From Longimicrobiales bacterium (GTDB taxonomy: Bacteria > Gemmatimonadota > Gemmatimonadetes > Longimicrobiales > Gaopeijiaceae): DNA of 64,000 nt. Positions 61,878 to 64,000 of this stretch are shown piece by piece (within the stretch, counting starts at the first letter, position 1; every line of letters begins with the position of its first letter). The stretch spans positions 2,976,001 through 3,040,000 of the forward strand of contig OZ250165.1 in assembly GCA_965238005.1 (NCBI GenBank), in the 5' to 3' direction. Position numbers and translations under genes: made by a program. The notes below the pieces were generated by a model that was given only the letters and a program-made list of their open reading frames with translations, did no database searches and was not told the DNA's origin.

Positions 61878-62102
61878 GAGCATGTCATCGGTGACGTGGC
61901 GTTCGAGCAGACCGTGGCGGTGAAAGTAACGGAGCACTCGGTGTCGAACGGTCTGCTGTAGCTGGTCCCAGTCGGAGGCCGTGAGATGGGTGGCCTCGTA
62001 GAACTCGACCGAGCCCTCGGGATCCCCGCTGAACACACCGTCGATGACGCAGACGTGGAAGTGGAAGTGGAAGTGGGCGTTCAGGGCCGAGCCAAAGCGA
62101 TG
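61878..62102 (-). pseudogene. Internal fragment of an IS91-family (HUH/Y2) transposase
   Basis: HRFGSALNAHFHFHFHVCVIDGVF...RVLRYFHRHGLL; both ends missing. Confidence 0.8.
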
Positions 62103-62430
62103 GGGGTTAGAATGTCGAAGTACCGAATCCGGTTGGTGCTGAGGACCGATCGCTACACGACGTGGTGGATCCAGCACCGCTTTCGCCGGACGCGCAAGGA
62201 GATCGCGGCCGCCCGCCGAGAGAAAGCGGATGCCTGAGACTGTCAGATTATAAACGTCGTAGTCTGTGTCTGAGTTGACACTATCTTGGCAAGGTATCGA
62301 AGACGTTGAACTGAAGTTCAGCATCAATACGGAACCACAAGGCGAAGAGATGCGTTCGGCATGTGCGACGTTCATTCCTTGACGGTCGGGGTCCGTGCAC
62401 GTATCCTGCCTTCGAAAGGAGGTGGAGACG

Positions 62431-62889
62431 ATGAGGGAGCCCCATCGGAAGCGTGAATTCGTGGAGGCCGCCGGAGCGCTGCACCCGCATCCCGAGCGCG
62501 TGCGGGCTCAGCTCTTCGAGCGCCACCGCTTCTTCGATCCCCTGGACAAGGTGCAGGTGAAGTACGAGATGCTGCGGGCCCATGCGGTGGAGGGAGAGAC
62601 GGTCGTGGCGGTCTCGGAGGCGTTCGGCTTCTCGAGACAGACGTTCTACAGCACACTCCGGGCCTTCGAGGAGCTGGGTATCGTGGGCCTCACGGACGAG
62701 AAGCGTGGTCGCCGGGGCCGGGTGAAGCTGACGGAGGAGGACGTGACGTGGGTCGAGGCCCTGGCCGCGGAGGCCCCCGATCTCAGTGGGCGCCAGATCG
62801 CCGTAGAGCTGTTCGAGGAGCGCGGGGTCGCGGTGCATCGCAGAACCATCGAACGCCTTGTGGCGGGGGCCGGGAAAAAAAACCGCTGA
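62431..62889 (+). CDS. HTH protein of the type found in recombinase-associated mobile elements
   Basis: LHPHPE.V...F....FFDP.D.VQVKYEMLR, FGFSRQTFY, VHRRTIER; AAGGAGG RBS. Confidence 0.78.
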   Translation: MREPHRKREFVEAAGALHPHPERVRAQLFERHRFFDPLDKVQVKYEMLRAHAVEGETVVAVSEAFGFSRQTFYSTLRAFEELGIVGLTDEKRGRRGRVKLTEEDVTWVEALAAEAPDLSGRQIAVELFEERGVAVHRRTIERLVAGAGKKNR

Positions 62890-63007
62890 GGCCGAGCAAT
62901 ACGCAGAACCGGAGTGCTGGCCGACGGTAGCGGTGAGAGCTTAGCCTCACCTGATTTCCCGCCGCTCCGCACATCGCATGGTTAACAAGTCCATTCCAGG
63001 AGGCAAT

Positions 63008-64000
63008 GTGACCATCACGGTTGCAGCAGCCACAGCCAGGCGGCTGGCGGATGCCGGCATCGAGCGCGTATTCGGGCTGCCCGGAGGCGAGATCGTCGTG
63101 TTGATGGACGAGCTTCGCCGGGTGGGCGTCGACTTCGTTCTCATGAGGCACGAGGCCAACGCCGGCATCGCAGCGGCCGTATACGGCAAGCTGCAGCGAC
63201 AGCCCGGGGTGGTTCTGACCACGCTCGGACCCGGCGCAGCGAACCTGATGTTGCCCTTGTCGAGCTCTTATCTCGATCAAGAGCCCCTCCTCGCGATCTC
63301 TGCCCAGATTCCCGACGACTTTCCGTCGGACTACACCCATCAGCTGTTGCCGCTGCACGACGTCTACGGGCCGATCACCAAGTATGTGGCCAAGGTCACG
63401 GCCGACAACGTCGGCGACGTGGTCCCCCGCGCCCTGGCTGCCTGCATGGATCGACCATTCGGGGCGGCTTACCTAACCCTGTCCGCCAGGGAGGCGATCG
63501 CGCCGGTCGACGGGGTGGCGGGGTTACAGGCTGAGGCCGGACCTCGGGCCGAGGCCGGGGGCGACGATGGTCCCCCGGGCATCGGACAAGGACCGGCCGG
63601 TAAGCAGCGAGTTGCCGAACACATGGCCAGGGAGCTCACGGATGCGCTGAGGAGCGCCGAGAGGCCGCTCGTGATCGTGGGGTTGGGGACGGACACGGCG
63701 AACAGCTCCGCGCTGCGCCGATGGCTGGACGAGTGGAATCTTCCGTTGGCGGTTACCCCGAAGGTCAAAGGCATCGTCGACGAGACCGCCGACAACTTCC
63801 TCGGAACGGTCGGTGGGATGGCGGCCGACGGACTGATATGTGAGGCGCTGGAGGCATCCGATCTGCTGATCGGGTTCGGCTTCGACCCGGTGGAATCCGA
63901 CGGAACTTGGTTTGCCGAGCTGCCGATCCGTTGGGTGCTGGAAGCCCCCAACGTGGGTGGGCTCGTTCCGGAGGGCGCCGAGCTGGTGGATCACCGTGCG
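63008..64000 (+). CDS. Thiamine pyrophosphate-binding enzyme (acetolactate synthase-like), truncated by the window edge
   Basis: Hand translation: GIERVFGLPGGE, MRHEANA, TLGPGAANL; AGGAGG RBS before GTG. Confidence 0.88.
   Translation, partial: MTITVAAATARRLADAGIERVFGLPGGEIVVLMDELRRVGVDFVLMRHEANAGIAAAVYGKLQRQPGVVLTTLGPGAANLMLPLSSSYLDQEPLLAISAQIPDDFPSDYTHQLLPLHDVYGPITKYVAKVTADNVGDVVPRALAACMDRPFGAAYLTLSAREAIAPVDGVAGLQAEAGPRAEAGGDDGPPGIGQGPAGKQRVAEHMARELTDALRSAERPLVIVGLGTDTANSSALRRWLDEWNLPLAVTPKVKGIVDETADNFLGTVGGMAADGLICEALEASDLLIGFGFDPVESDGTWFAELPIRWVLEAPNVGGLVPEGAELVDHRA

Overview
GC-rich bacterial chromosome segment. The gene content (PadR plus ADOP permease, LVIVD protein, M6 peptidase, PDZ protein behind an ECF sigma, glyQS, carB without adjacent carA) suggests Gemmatimonadota; this is inference. 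The middle (about 22-54.8 kb) is mostly intact housekeeping and envelope genes: thrC, two ECF sigma/anti-sigma modules facing each other across a MacAB-TolC-type exporter, HNH nuclease, priA, M24 peptidase, CcmH, HDAC-family protein, carB, nth, NSS transporter, glyQS and nfuA. One complete IS1182 is inserted at the CTAG overlapping the glyQS stop codon. The left flank has two type IV minor-pilin clusters (fimT-pilV-pilW-pilX) separated by a small-protein/nucleotidyltransferase pair. Cluster 1 is intact. Cluster 2 has tandem-duplicated, mosaic PilX-like genes, and three of its five genes are broken. Both flanks show decay: frameshifts, deletion chimeras, IS-end scars and many short tandem duplications. 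No tRNA, rRNA or CRISPR array was recognised. All family calls come from motif recognition by eye, with no database search.
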